A DNA stretch of 63,923 bases, filler included, from Octopus bimaculoides (lineage: Eukaryota), in assembly GCF_001194135.2 (NCBI RefSeq). It is 7 parts of 7 records of this genome, joined end to end, with 100 filler letters (N's around TTAATTAATTAA, not from the genome) between each part and the next. Parts side by side here need not be neighbours in the genome. Positions count along the whole stretch, not along the records: positions 38,340 to 52,260 come from NC_068985.1; 6 more parts are not named here. The stretch is one strand, 5' to 3'. The notes beneath the pieces are model-generated. The model did not search any database and was not told where the DNA came from. It was given only the letters and a program-made list of their open reading frames with translations. Both the position numbers and the translations under genes were made by a program. Positions 39,740 to 52,260 of this stretch are shown here, one piece after another; position 1 is the stretch's first letter, and each line of letters starts with the position of its first letter.

Positions 39740-40720
39740 AGCAATTAAGGGTATGAAGACAGGGAAAGCCCCCGACCCATCAGGAATCACTGCAGAGATG
39801 CTCAAAATATCTGGCAGTGTCAGCTATAGCCTAGTCACCTGTATAGTTAACCAGGTGATACATGAAGGAGTCATACCTAATGACTGGTGTAGCAGCACCA
39901 TAGTCAACTGCTACAAAGGTAAAAGTGATGCATTAGATACAAATAATTATAGAGGTATCAAGCTGTTGGACCAGCTAATGAAGGTCATGGAGAGGGTCAT
40001 AGCCCAACTAATTAGGGAGAGAGTCAGTCTAGATGAGATGCAGTTAGGGTTCGTGCCAGGGAAAAGCACCACTGATGCTATATTTCTGGTAAGACAGCTG
40101 CAGGAGAAATACCTAGCTAAAGATAAACCCCTGTACCTGGCTTTCGTTGACATGGAAAAAGCCTTTGACAGGGTCCCCTGATCCCTTATCTAGTGTTCAA
40201 TGAGGAAACTAGGGATAGATGAATGGTTAGTGAGAGCTGTGCAAGCCATGTACAGGGACGCTGTCAGTAAAGTGAGGGTTGGCAATGAGTACAGTGAAGA
40301 ATTCCAGGTAGAGGTAGGGGTCCACCAAGGTTCAGTCCTCAGCCCCCTCCTATTTATCATAGTCCTCCAGGCAATAATAGAGGAATTCAAGACAGGATGC
40401 CCCTGGGAGCTCCTCTATACTGATGACCGTCCTCTAATTGCTGAGTCACTATCAGAACTAGAGGCAAAGTTTCAGGTGTGGAAGCAAGGATTAAAATCGA
40501 AGGGCCTTAGAGTCAACCTAGTTAAAACCAAAGTCTTAATAAGTAGGAAGGTAGACAAACTACAACAAATCCCTTCAGGTAGATGGCCCTGCTCAATCTG
40601 TAGAAAAGGCATAGGTAGAAACTCCATAAAATGTACCCAGTGTAAGCTATGGATACATAAGAGGTGCAGCAATATCAAAGGGACGCTAACTGGGAAGATA
40701 GTTTTTGTATGTGGCAAAAA
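39740..40720 (+). pseudogene. RTE-clade LINE reverse transcriptase with downstream PHD-like finger
   Basis: NYRGIKLL, QLGFVPGKSTTDAIF, FVDMEKAFDRVP, GVHQGSVLSPLLF, LLYTDD (YADD), GLRVNLVKTK; two stops near 40180-40195; CSIC-x10-CTQC-x4-H-x2-C at 40590-40660. Confidence 0.95.
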
Positions 40721-40799
40721 AGAAATGCAAAGAGGCTCTAGCAAGGCCACAACAGATCCTCTTCCAAGGCTTCCTTGCAACTGGGTAACTTCCCAGAAA

Positions 40800-42085
40800 G
40801 TTAAAGGAAAAAGGAGGTAGTAGAGCAGATGCTGAAAATTATAGGCCTATCTCTCTAACCTCACATGTCTGCAAAGTCATGGAATGCATTGTTAGGAGGA
40901 AGCTGATCACGTATCCAGAAGATAATGACTTGCTCCCTGACAACTAACATGGCTTTATCTCAGGAAAAAGCTACCTAACAGCTTCTGCAGCATTACAACT
41001 GGGATTGAAGCATCTAAAGAATCATTCAAACATGGATACGATATATCTTGATTTTACAAACACCTTTGATAAGGTTGATCATATAATGATATGTCAAGAG
41101 TTATGAAGAGTTGGAAAACTGGGAGAGTGGTTACTTGACTTATTAAAAACAGAAACCAAGCTGTAGCAGGCAATGGGGCCCGCTCCATGGAGATAGTAAC
41201 AGTGAGTGGAGTATCTCAGAGAACTGTCTTGGGGCTGCTGCTGTTTATGGTGGCTCTTTCAGATATGCTATTGGTTATACAGACAGCCGCACTTACTAGC
41301 TATGCCAATGACACAAAAGGAGTACAAGCAGTCAGGGTACCTCTAAATGCTAATCTCTTACAGAAAAACCTAGATGCCATGTATACAAATAGGCTGAAGA
41401 AAACAACGTGATTTAATGCAGGAAAATTCCAAGCAGCCCACTATCAGTGAGCTTGTGCTTGCTATCTTGCCACAACAAAGATATTTAGAACCAAAGAAGT
41501 GGCAATATCAGAGTCAAGTACAGTGTGAGATGGGGGTTGACATGAGCAACAACACTTCGTTTCACATGCATATCACCAAGATGGTGGCCATGTGCAGGGG
41601 AATGGCTACCTGGATTCTGAGAACTTTCTGAACAGGTAACGAAGGTAACTATGCTGGTTCTATGGAGGATATTCGTCCTTAGCTATCTGGACTACTGCTT
41701 TCAACTGCGGTCAACCCACAGTGTCAAATTAGGTAGTGGAACTTGGGGCAGTTCAGTGGTGCTACACCAGGAAAATTGTGTGAATGGAACAGCTGAGCTA
41801 CTGGCAGAGTCTGAAAGAGCTACAACCCTACTCTCTGGAGCGAAGATGGGAAAGATATGCAGTGATATACATATGGAAGATCCTGCAGGAGTTGGCACCA
41901 AACTTTGGCACTGAGAACTATACCAGCCCTCAAACTGGATTCACTGTACTATTCCAAAGGCCTCAACCATCCTGTTTAGAGTGAGACCATGTACTGCAAT
42001 AACTTGGAATTCAAGGGCCCATAGCTATTTAATATCTTGCCAAAACACCTGAGAGACCTTCATAGAGTAGGAGTAGATATTTTCA
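40800..42085 (+). mobile_element. CR1/L2-clade LINE reverse transcriptase relic
   Basis: NYRPISLTSHVCKVMECIV, HGFISGKS, IYLDFTNTFDKVDH, SGVSQRTVLGLLLF, SYANDTK, LDYCFQL, YSLERRWERY; many stops. Confidence 0.85.
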
Positions 42086-45000
42086 AGCAAATACCACTAT
42101 GAGTGATATCCAAGCTACAGTGGAGAAGAGAAGCCACTGGATTTGGTTAAAAAGAAACAATGAGCAATGGCTAGAAGAATATTGAGCTAAATCTGATAAC
42201 CAGTTGATCTAGCAAGTGGGGTCTTGTTTCAGTGAAGAAAGCTGGTGTGCAATGATGCTGTTGAGAGGTAGGCCCCAAAATGGCATACATTCTCTCCTGA
42301 TGATCCCACAAACTTGCTAGAATCAAGTATGAGGAGCTTTCAACTGGTGGCATTTGAATCTGCAAGTTGTTTGCAAAAAAATCATACAAGACATATTTAA
42401 TTCAACATTAAAATTTTGATAATATTGACGACCAAAATTGTCCAAATTGGATTTGATATCTTTATTTTAAAAGTATGATAAACTGTTGGCTGACTGTAAC
42501 TACAAGTACCACTATTATTACTAGTAGCAATATTTCCCTACCACTACCACTACAACCAGTACTACAAGTTAGTACTACTACCAGTATTAGTGCGAGAACA
42601 GATATCAGAGGATCACTTTTAACACTAGCACTACCACCATTACCATAAGTAAACCAATAATATAAATAACAACTAATAAATTATCATGTGCCCATAAATC
42701 AGTTAGAATCAAAATGATAATATATTACAGATTTGGACATGAATATATTTATTGCTGTTGTATTTAACCTTCAGAGAACACCTTCTTTCAGTTAATGTGT
42801 ATTAACAACACACTTGATGTAGGGGCACTTTGAGACACTGATATTTCAGTCTAGTTGTAACTTCTCAGTCAAAGCTAACCTCTAGATTAATGATATAATG
42901 AAGAATGGTGCTTTTTGTTTATAGAATTCAGTAAACAAATTATTTGTTGATACATAATCAATAATAAATTATCATGTGCATGTAAAACAGTATGAATCAA
43001 AACTATGATGTACATATTCATACTTTACGTTATGGCATGTTTGAACCAGATTGTTAATTGCTGTTGTATTGTACATTTGATTCAAATCTAATTAAAAGTC
43101 TTTTTTATTGGTAACAAATTGTGATCTGTGAAAGCTCTTAACTATAAATTTAGATTGACAGAAATTATTCACAACTAAGGATCATTTAAACTGGACAGGA
43201 ATTTCAGAATAAATTTAATTTACCCAAATTTTGTAAAACTTTTTACAGATCTAGATGCATTTCATTTTCTTCCAAAAATATGATGATAAAACAAAACAAG
43301 GAACAAGGGAATATAAATGATGATGATGATGATGGTAGTGATGGTGATGATGGTGGTGGGGGGGAGAAGAAGAATGACAAGCGGAAGGGGAAGAAACTCA
43401 GAGGAGAAAGAAGAAGAAAGTAGAAGAGGAAGAAACTCAGAGAAAAACACAAGGTGAACATAGAAAGAGAAACATTCAGAAGAAAACAAAGAAATAAAAC
43501 ACACAAAATAGAATGATGACTAAAGTGATGAGAAACACAAAAGGAAGTGTTCTGTAGTCTGGATTTATATCAACTCCTTAAAGTGGTGAATCTTGGAAAT
43601 GTTTAAAATTTTTTAAATCCTGCACTTCTCATTTTATGAAATTATCAGGGAAAATGTTACAACATTATTAATTCTAATATTTTTATTGAAGAGCATTGCA
43701 GCTGATTCAGAGTTTAAATAAACCCAAGACATTCTTGTTTCCAAGTTCAATACCTCATTTGCAGTGTGATCTCCAGTGTTTAATGTACCTGAGATCAGTA
43801 TTGATTGATGCTGTTATTCTGGGGAATTGCTTACAAAATGCAAGATTGTGATATGATAGATTACAAAAGAGTTAAAGGTCATGTCATTGTTGCAAATGAT
43901 TGATTGTCAAATGAAGTAATATAAGAAGAAATTTTGAGATGGAGTTATCTGGAAAGCACTTTACTAGGAAATAAAAACAGAACAAGAAAAGAAAAATCTC
44001 TAGAAATAGAGAACAAGAAATGAAATAGAATGCACAGAAATTCCAACACAGTGGAAAGCATTTCATTTTCTTTTTGCTAAAAGACAAAAAGAAAATTAAA
44101 TACCCTATCACAGGATATCAGTCAAATGTATTTTGTAAGATGTAAAGTATTGTTTGTGGAATATCAATTTACAGAAATACAAATACCTGTTTAGTAATAG
44201 GTAGCAACTGGAATTTTGCTATTGTTAAAACTGTATCCCCAAAATTAGATATTATTTTCAGGATCAGAAAATAACTTTGGCTCTGAATAGTTGCTGACCC
44301 TCTACAAATACACCAGTAAGACTGACACACATTAAAATAATGAGCATGTGTCTCGGATACAGCTGCAGTAAACGAGGCAAGAAGAGAACCTCTACATGAT
44401 TACTTAAATGCTAGAAATTTTCATGTCAACCAAATCACATCTCCATTATGAAAAGGGAAAAATACATTGGATAATGTAGTCGTAGGTATATTAATGGCTG
44501 GGATGGTCAGCTGAAATGTCCTTGGTCATAGGCCTGGTCGACCAGCCTTGATATGTGTAAATCATAACAACAGAACTGCATCATGCTCCAACGTTTGTTT
44601 TGGCTTGGTTTTAATGGCTGGATGCCCTTCCTAATGCCAACCACTTTAGAGAGTAGACTGTGTGCTTTTTTCATGCCACCCTCACCACTGAGGTCACCAT
44701 ACAACTCATGGAAGCTTTATGGGGTGAGAAGTGGTGGTCAAATTTATGCTAATGGACATGGGATTGAACCATGAGAAGACAGTGGGTGAGTGTGTGTGGG
44801 TGTACTGCATGTTCTTGTAGAGGATCTGTATGGTTACTCACATCTAGTAAGGGAAGGAAAGAGTAAGAGAAAATGAACAGTAGGAGTTGCAAGAGATAGT
44901 GGTGATGAGGTGCCTAGATGACCCCAAAGGCATAAGGTGAGTTGAAGAATGTGTTTGCAAGATTGTATGGAAAGGAATATGAGGAGATGGTGGATGAGGA

Positions 45001-45239
45001 TGGGAGACATACTGTCAGAATGGGTAGCAGCAGGAGTAGTAAAGATGATATAGTCATTGGTGGGGAGGACACAAGAGAGAGATGACAGAGTTAGCAGTCT
45101 GCAGGAGTCAGGGGTAGGGAGAAGAGGCAGGTCTAATTATTGGAGGGAAGACGAGTCACTGTAATGTGGGTAAAAGGTACAATGCAAAGCACTTCCAGAA
45201 TACAGTTTTGATGATGAGGGTGCATCTTTTTAAGGACCT

Positions 45240-45965
45240 CATTACCAGAGATCTCAGTCCTTTGTGAAACTCAGGGTCCTAAGGTCAGTCTTAACCACTT
45301 CATCCCATGTCTTCCTGAATCTCCCTCTTCTGCAAGTTCCAGACACAATTAGCAATTTGCACTATTTTATACAGCTGCCCTCATCCATATGCATTATGCA
45401 TCCATACCAGTGCAGTCTTCTTTCTTGCTCAAACAAGTGATTCCTCTAATATTCAGTTTTTTATTCAGAACTTTTGTATTAATTCTTTCATGCACACTCA
45501 TGTTGCACATCCTGCAAGAACATGCTTATTTCATTTCTTTCTAGTTTTCTCAGATTCTCTGCATTCAAGGCCCATGTCTCACTACCGTTTAGCTTTGTAG
45601 TTCTAAAAATAAGCATCACACAGTCTGCCCTTCACTCTTATGGAAAAGATCATTGTTATTAGCAGTGGTAGCAGCTCCTTGAATTTTCTCTAACCAGTTC
45701 TTGCTCAAGCTGCTATACTTTTAGAGCAATCACCTCCCTTGTTAATTATATTTCCTAGGTAACAAAACCTATTGACTGCTTGTAGTGAGCTATCTGAGCA
45801 TTTAAGAGACTCCATTTCCGATGTGCTTGTATGACCTGCTCTAGTGCTCCTACCACATATGAAGCTTACATTTTCTGATAGTCTGCTGGTGAGTCCACAA
45901 CATCTCTTGTATGTTCATAGTCTACATTGTGTACAGTATGGAATTCATACCTAGTCCTAATCTGT
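45240..45965 (-). mobile_element. RTE LINE 3' half relic (same broad family as 39740-40720)
   Basis: Minus-strand fragments FCYLGNII, RKFKELLPLL, TWALNAENLRKLERNE, QERRLHWYGCIMHM, RRGRFRKTWDEVVKTDL. Confidence 0.75.
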
Positions 45966-46416
45966 AAATCAAGTAATTGGCACCCATGCTGGTGGCACGT
46001 AAAGTGCACCGTTCGAGCATTGGGCCTCATGGAGGCAAAGTGGCTGAGTTCCTTTTGAGCATTGGACCTCACGGAGGCAAAGTGGCCAAGTTCCTTTCGA
46101 GTGTTGGGCCTCGTGGAGGCAATGACTGAGACCTTTGGCATTATGTTGTGCTTGAGAAGAAGACCCATCAAGCCAAGTAAAATCACAGTCGTAGCAGATA
46201 CCAGTGTCATGCAAATGGCACCCATGCTGGTGGCATGTAAAAGCACCCATTTAACTCTTGGAGTGGTTGGCATTAGGAATGGCACCCAGCCATAGCAAAC
46301 CATGCCAAATCAGACTGGAGTCTGGTGCAGCTTTCCAGCTTACCAGCCCTGGTTAAACTGTCTAACTCATGTCAGCATGGGCAACAGACGTTAAATGATG
46401 ATGATGATGATGATAA

Positions 46417-46471
<55 letters not shown>

Positions 46472-48059
46472 AATAAATTTACCTATATATCTATTTATAT
46501 CTATGTGTGTATGTGTCTTTGTGTTAGTGTTTTCCCCCACCACATTAGACAACCAGTGTTGGTGTGTTTATGTCCCTGTAACTTAATGGCTTAGCAAAAG
46601 AGACTGATATGATAAGTACCAGGCTTACAAAAATGAAGTACTGCTAACCATTTTACAGAGTGTACTGGGTGCTTATCATGTGGCACTGGCACCAACATGG
46701 ATGGCTTTTTATGTGGCACTAGTGTGAGTGCATATATTAAAAAAAAATAGTCTGCCTATTAAACAGAACAAAATCCTGACAGGAGGTAAAATATAGTAAA
46801 AGAAAAAAAATGCATAACAAATACATAGACATATTATTGCTCATACATACATGCATGTATATAAAGATTCAGATTATGCAATAGAAGCAGTTCTATAGTG
46901 TAAATATTATCAATACCACAAAGTTAATGTACATGTGTTGTTTAAATGCCAGAAGCTGCGGTTCATTGTCCAAGAAAAACTCCATTCAATCAGATTACTC
47001 TGTTAAATGTAATTCTTATTTATTCACATTGTTTTTAATTAATAATGCATTATCTTATAGTTTTGAGATTCTAATGATACGGTAGTTAAAATTTTGGTCT
47101 GACATTGTAGGGTAGGTGTGAGAAGCTGGATTTGGCCAATTTGAACATAAAAAAGGTAGAATATTTTGGATAGATATGGCTGGTTTAAGTGCTAAAGTGT
47201 TAAAGATGCATAGTGTTAGAAAACACAACATACTTCAGACATAGGCAAAAAGAAATTTCCCCTGAAATGATCACAAGAGCAAGCAGTAGACACACGCACG
47301 CATGCACACACAAAAATGTATTTATATAAGCTTTATTTTCTCCACATCAACCCTTTACTTTATTGTTGATTTTCCACATTCTCTGATGAAAGTTTGAAAC
47401 TAAAGTTCCTCTTCCAAATAAATAAATAAATAAAGGAAAAGAGACAAAAAGGAAAAACAAATAAGTATAAAGAAGTGAAAAATGTTTAGGAAGAAACAAT
47501 AAAAATAATGACTAGAAAAACAAATTTCTTTACAAGTATAATACCAAAAAAAGGGTTACAATAATGGAGTTGACAAAATAAAGAATAAAATGCAACAAAG
47601 TGAAAAATCAGTTTAAGGTTTGTTTACCTACTTACACTTCTAAGTGATTTGATCATGATACTTTCAAATCTGAATTACTAAGTTTATACTTGCTGTTGTT
47701 TAAACTTCAAGACAAGCCATTACTTCTTCCTGATGTCCGAAAAGTCATTGATGCTACCATGGCCATCTTGCTTATCCTACATATGACAATGATGGTTGTA
47801 ATGATAATGATGATACATGTTATTTCTTAAGCGGGATGTACTACTATTTCTGTATTTTTTTTTTATTGTTTTGGTGTGTGTTTTATTAATTAGTTGTTAT
47901 TTGATTGAAAGACTTAATCTATTGTCCTGTGGCTGATTCTTTAATACATTTAGCTGAGTCCACTCTATTACAAATATTAGGACCTGTTTTTCAGCTTGAG
48001 GATAAGATATATCTCCTATTCCTTCTCCTTAAGGGACATTGAAAAAAGTGAATAATCCA

Positions 48060-50814
48060 TTAGTCCATTAGTGAAGGCAGTGCTTTCAACCTAGTAGCTA
48101 TATATGCTCTGATCAATGCAGGAAGGTTGGATTTCTTAAGGTGTCAGGAAGTGTTCCTGGGTACATCCCATTCTTTAGTATTAGTAGGCAACTGGAACCA
48201 CATTTTAGAGGCACAAGTAGATTGTGTGGAGATAGCTGACAGGAGAAGCCTTGCAAACATGCTCAGATGTTTCCAACAGTCTGACAGGTACTAAATAGAT
48301 TTCTGAATAAGCCAGAGGATGTGGAATAACTACAGCAAATCATCTAGATCTTATCTAAATATGATATTTATTAGGTTAGTAGACACAGAGAGTGTAGGAT
48401 GCACACAATTTCAATTTCAACTATACAGTCCATAAATTTGTGATCTACACAGTTAGAGACAGAACTTTTAAAAAAGTACTCAACTACTGCAAACTGAATG
48501 CATTGTCATAGTGCATAAATCCTATATAGACCACATTAGCATTTTAATTTATCAATAGTTGACAGGGACAATAGTCAACAAATAGCGGTGGGATATTCTG
48601 AAGAGGGCAATTAGGGTAGAAGAAGTAGGTTTTAGAAAAAATATTGTTGCAGAAGTTGAAGATAAGAATTAATAAATTAGATGAGGCAATTAAGAAGGAC
48701 ATTGTGACTGTTGCACTGGTGGAGAGAATAGCTCTTGACCATTTCTTCAATGCAAAAGAAGAAAGTTGCATTGTCAGAGTTAAGGCACACACTCTAAGAC
48801 ATGAAAAAGCAAAAGTCATTTGATAGGTCCAGGTGGAAAATACAGAGCATGGCATCTAAGCACAACTAGGTCATGCAACTTGATTCCAAGTGGATACGTA
48901 CAGTTTTTCCAGTGGCACTTTGCTCAAAAATTTGGAGTGAGTGGTGAGACAGAGACAGGGATGGACTTTAGTACTCACTTTGACAGCCTGCCAAGACTTT
49001 TAATGGAGGATACAGAGGGCCATGAAAAGCTGATAACAGTAGTTGAGACACAGGATGTGATAAGTGGTTGTACAAAGTATAAATTGCCTGGTTTGCTGGT
49101 TTGGTAGTCTGCCCCTATGAGGTTTATGCATGCATGACAGGCTTATTCACCACTGTTTTGGTAGATGTTTACTGTGACAGGCAACAGAACAGGAAAATTT
49201 TCAGTTCTGTAAGCTAAGGAGCACGGGTGCTGTTGGAGAAGGCATGTAATACATCATTTTTGGTCCATAATTTTGCTAAAAGCATAGTTTAAGATTTTGG
49301 CCAAAGAGATTCACGCTTGCTGAGGTTAAGAATTTGGCCAAAGAGGTTCAGGCTTGCTGAGAATATGGTTGGGAAAGTGCAGGCATGTGCTATTCCAACC
49401 AGATTTTTCCATAACAACTTTCACCTCATGCAATACATCATAGAGAGTATAAGTGGTAAACCTGGCTTCAGTGGGACTCTGAACAACTGGAGTCAATTAA
49501 AAGCTTTGATAAGGTTGACCATCATTACTTGGTGGCTATCCTCAAAGCAACTGCCAGAAGTTGGATGATGTTAATTCACAGTAGTGTTGGGTCAGTGGTC
49601 ACAATACATATTCCTCTTCTGGAACTATTTTAGTCAGCATCCTCAGTCTGTCAATGGTGTCCTCTTTTATCTCTTCTGTATGTATTAACTCTTGAATCAC
49701 TACTGTGGAAACTGGAGTTGTCAAAGGGCATCTCACTTGAACTGAGATGTGGATGATGTCATTATCATAGAGGTGAATGCCATGAAAATAAGGTGGCCAG
49801 CACTACTCTAAAAGAATACAGGACTGTGCAGAGCAAAAGTTAAATGGGATAAATCATTGGGCTTGCACTTCAGCACTAGGAGAGGTTAGTCCATACCATC
49901 ACACAGCACTGTGGGGCATTGAACATATGGTCCTGTTAAAATGCTTGAGGTCTGGTTCAGTACAAAACTCCAGGTGGACAGGAACTAGGACCAGGTAATG
50001 AGCAAGATGACTAATCTCATCCAGAAATGTAAAGTGGGGCATAAGAGGCAAACACCACTGTTGCCTTCATTATATATAACTGCCTGATTGTTATATCATG
50101 TCCTAGTTTTCACTAGACCAGAGTAGAGTGTTTGCACTTGTGCTTCTTGTAAAAGTGGCATGTTTCATTGGTCAAAATGTCCATCTACTGTCACCATCCT
50201 CTTAACAGAGGGCTCAGCATGTAGCTGCTAAAACACAGTTATGCATTAAGGCTCTGATATATTCCTAAATGGTGCACAGGTGTGGTCACATTTTGTAAGG
50301 TACGTTTTTGTTTTGTACGGTACATTTTTCCTCAGCATGTACTTTTGATGGAGCTGCAGTCCCGTGTCAAGCAGAGATAAGACTACATACCTTGCATCTG
50401 AAATGATGTCAAGTGCTCATAGCTCTCCACTTGTTGGGTAATGTATTCTATAAAGGACTAGTGGTAGGGAAGGGTGATAATGTTCTTGAGGAAACTGAAG
50501 GCATCAATGAGAATCAATTGGCTGATCTGTTCCAGAGAACTTCTGGCCAAGGAACTATAGTTAATTTCCAGAAATCCCTAACCTGGTAATGCTATCAGGG
50601 ATCATTGCCAGTTTGGGACAAACTCTACTAGCATGGAAGTGTTATCAGCTGGGCCTGTCCAAGATGCATGCAGAATAATGAACTCATTCTGTATGAACTT
50701 GTGGAGTTTTGTTGAAGAGGGTGGATCTGGCTATCATCTGAGTTCATTGCAGCAATTATCACCTGTGGCCAGGAAGAGCAGAGAATTTCCCTGTTGGGCT
50801 ATGGTGAAGAAGAC
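48060..50814 (+). mobile_element. Near-complete but heavily decayed Tx1/L1-clade ORF2 (APE endonuclease, RT, C-terminal zinc knuckle)
   Basis: AFNLVAIYA..VLVGNWN (48181) ..SSRSYLNMIF (APE); LPYEVY (about 49110); IKSFDKVDHHYL (49497); CYQGSLPVWDKLY..WACPRC (50590-50667). Confidence 0.7.
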
Positions 50815-51078
50815 TGTTGTATTTCCCTCGGAAGACTCGCAGAGATAACACAACGAGTTATACAAATTTAATTATTACATTTATGGACAATTACATACAA
50901 AGAACGCACTCATCCAATGTTCGTTATGAATAAACAAAAGTCATGTCCGCCATATATATATCAATGACCTTTTACTACGACAGTCACACAAGACAACAAC
51001 AATGAAACAATGAACTCAGACGAACCACATGACACACGGAACGTCAGACGAATTACATATCTAACAGTCCATATAACA
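50815..51078 (-). mobile_element. Gypsy 3' LTR (264 bp) with adjacent polypurine tract
   Basis: Minus strand: PPT AGTGGGGAGG (51079-51088), then TGTTATATGG...AATACAACA. Confidence 0.75.
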
Positions 51079-51399
51079 CCTCCCCACTGAAATTGATGCT
51101 ACACAAGAAGTATCAACAGCAAAGTCTCTCTTGGGTTTTANNNNNNNNNNNNNNNNNNNNNNNNNNNNNNNNNNNNNNNNNNNNNNNNNNNNNNNNNNNN
51201 NNNNNNNNNNNNNNNNNNNNNNNNNNNNNNNNNNNNNNNNNNNNNNNNNNNNNNNNNNNNNNNNNNNNNNNNNNNNNNNNNNNNNNNNNNNNNNNNNNNN
51301 NNNNNNNNNNNNNNNNNNNNNNNNNNNNNNNNNNNNNNNNNNNNNNNNNNNNNNNNNNNNNNNNNNNNNNNNNNNNNNNNNNNNNNNNNNNNNNNNNNN

Positions 51400-52260
51400 N
51401 NNNNNNNNNNTATCTGCTTCCTTAGACTGTTTGCCTTGAGCAATGTGTGCTGGCGATGGCAGCAGAGAATCAATCCTTGTTCGTATCTGCCGGTGATTCA
51501 AAAGTTCACTTGGAGAGAATCCACAGGATGTCGGTGTTCTCCGGTACTGCATCAAGAATTCTTAAAGTGCTCGTGTCGGCGGAAGAGAAGACTTCCTCAG
51601 AGCTTGTTTGAAGGTCTACACCAAACGTTCCGCTGCTCCGCTGGTAGCTGGGTGGTAAGGTGCCCCTGTCAGGTGTGTGATCCCGCGTTCTTTGCACCAG
51701 CTCTGGAACTCCTCAGATGTAAAAGTTGGTGCGTTATCGGTGACCAATGTGTGAGGAAATCTGAAGTGTGCAAAGTCTTCCTCAAGCAGATTTAAAGTGG
51801 CTTTGGAGGACGTGGAGGAAGTAGGATGAATGCATGGGTACTTGGAATAAGCATCTGTGATCACCAGTCAATCTCTACCCATAAAATTTATTGCATGGTC
51901 CAGGTGTAAGCGACTCCNNNNNNNNNNTGATGTTCGTTACACGAATCACATCGTCGACTGGCTATCTCTATAGCAGCATCGATATCAGGCCAATAAACAG
52001 CAGTTCTTGCTAGTTGTTTCATGCGTTCCATGCCAAAGTGTCCAGGATGCAGAAGATTGAGGACTTTTGGCTGCAAGCTAGTGGAATCACAACTCTAGAT
52101 CCATGTATAAGGCATCCATGGCAGATACTAAGTGAGTTTGATAACTTACGGAACTTGTTGACTTCGTCATTGATCTCCATGTTCTTTGGTGGCCAGCCTT
52201 CACGGACGTAGCGCATCACTGTTGATATCACTGGATCTTTCCCTGACTCTTGACGGAGGA
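51400..52260 (-). pseudogene. Gypsy integrase (H2C2 and rve domains), disrupted
   Basis: LHPGHFGMERMKQLAR..YWP..RRCDSC; DAYSKYP..LVTDNAPTFTS..FQSWCKERGITHLTGAPYHPATSGAAERLV; YRRTP..SPSELL; the upstream part is lost in the gap. Confidence 0.95.

Noticed and set aside
44275-44328. 54-nt AG..GT segment reading DQKITLALNSC*PSTNTP as a Cys-Sec selenoprotein exon
   Set aside because: The context matches no selenoprotein motif I know and no SECIS was seen; expected by chance in AT-rich DNA.
46019-46135. CRISPR-like array
   Set aside because: Eukaryotic context, spacers homologous to each other, only three units, no cas genes.
47378-47410. CTGATGA-AAGTTT-GAAAC hammerhead-like spacing
   Set aside because: Stem II cannot fold and there is no stem III or stem I; at best a decayed relic.
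47700-47785. Minus-strand DKQDGHGSINDFSDIRK as an EF-hand exon
   Set aside because: The loop spacing is off by one residue, the splice sites are moderate, and there is no partner EF-hand.
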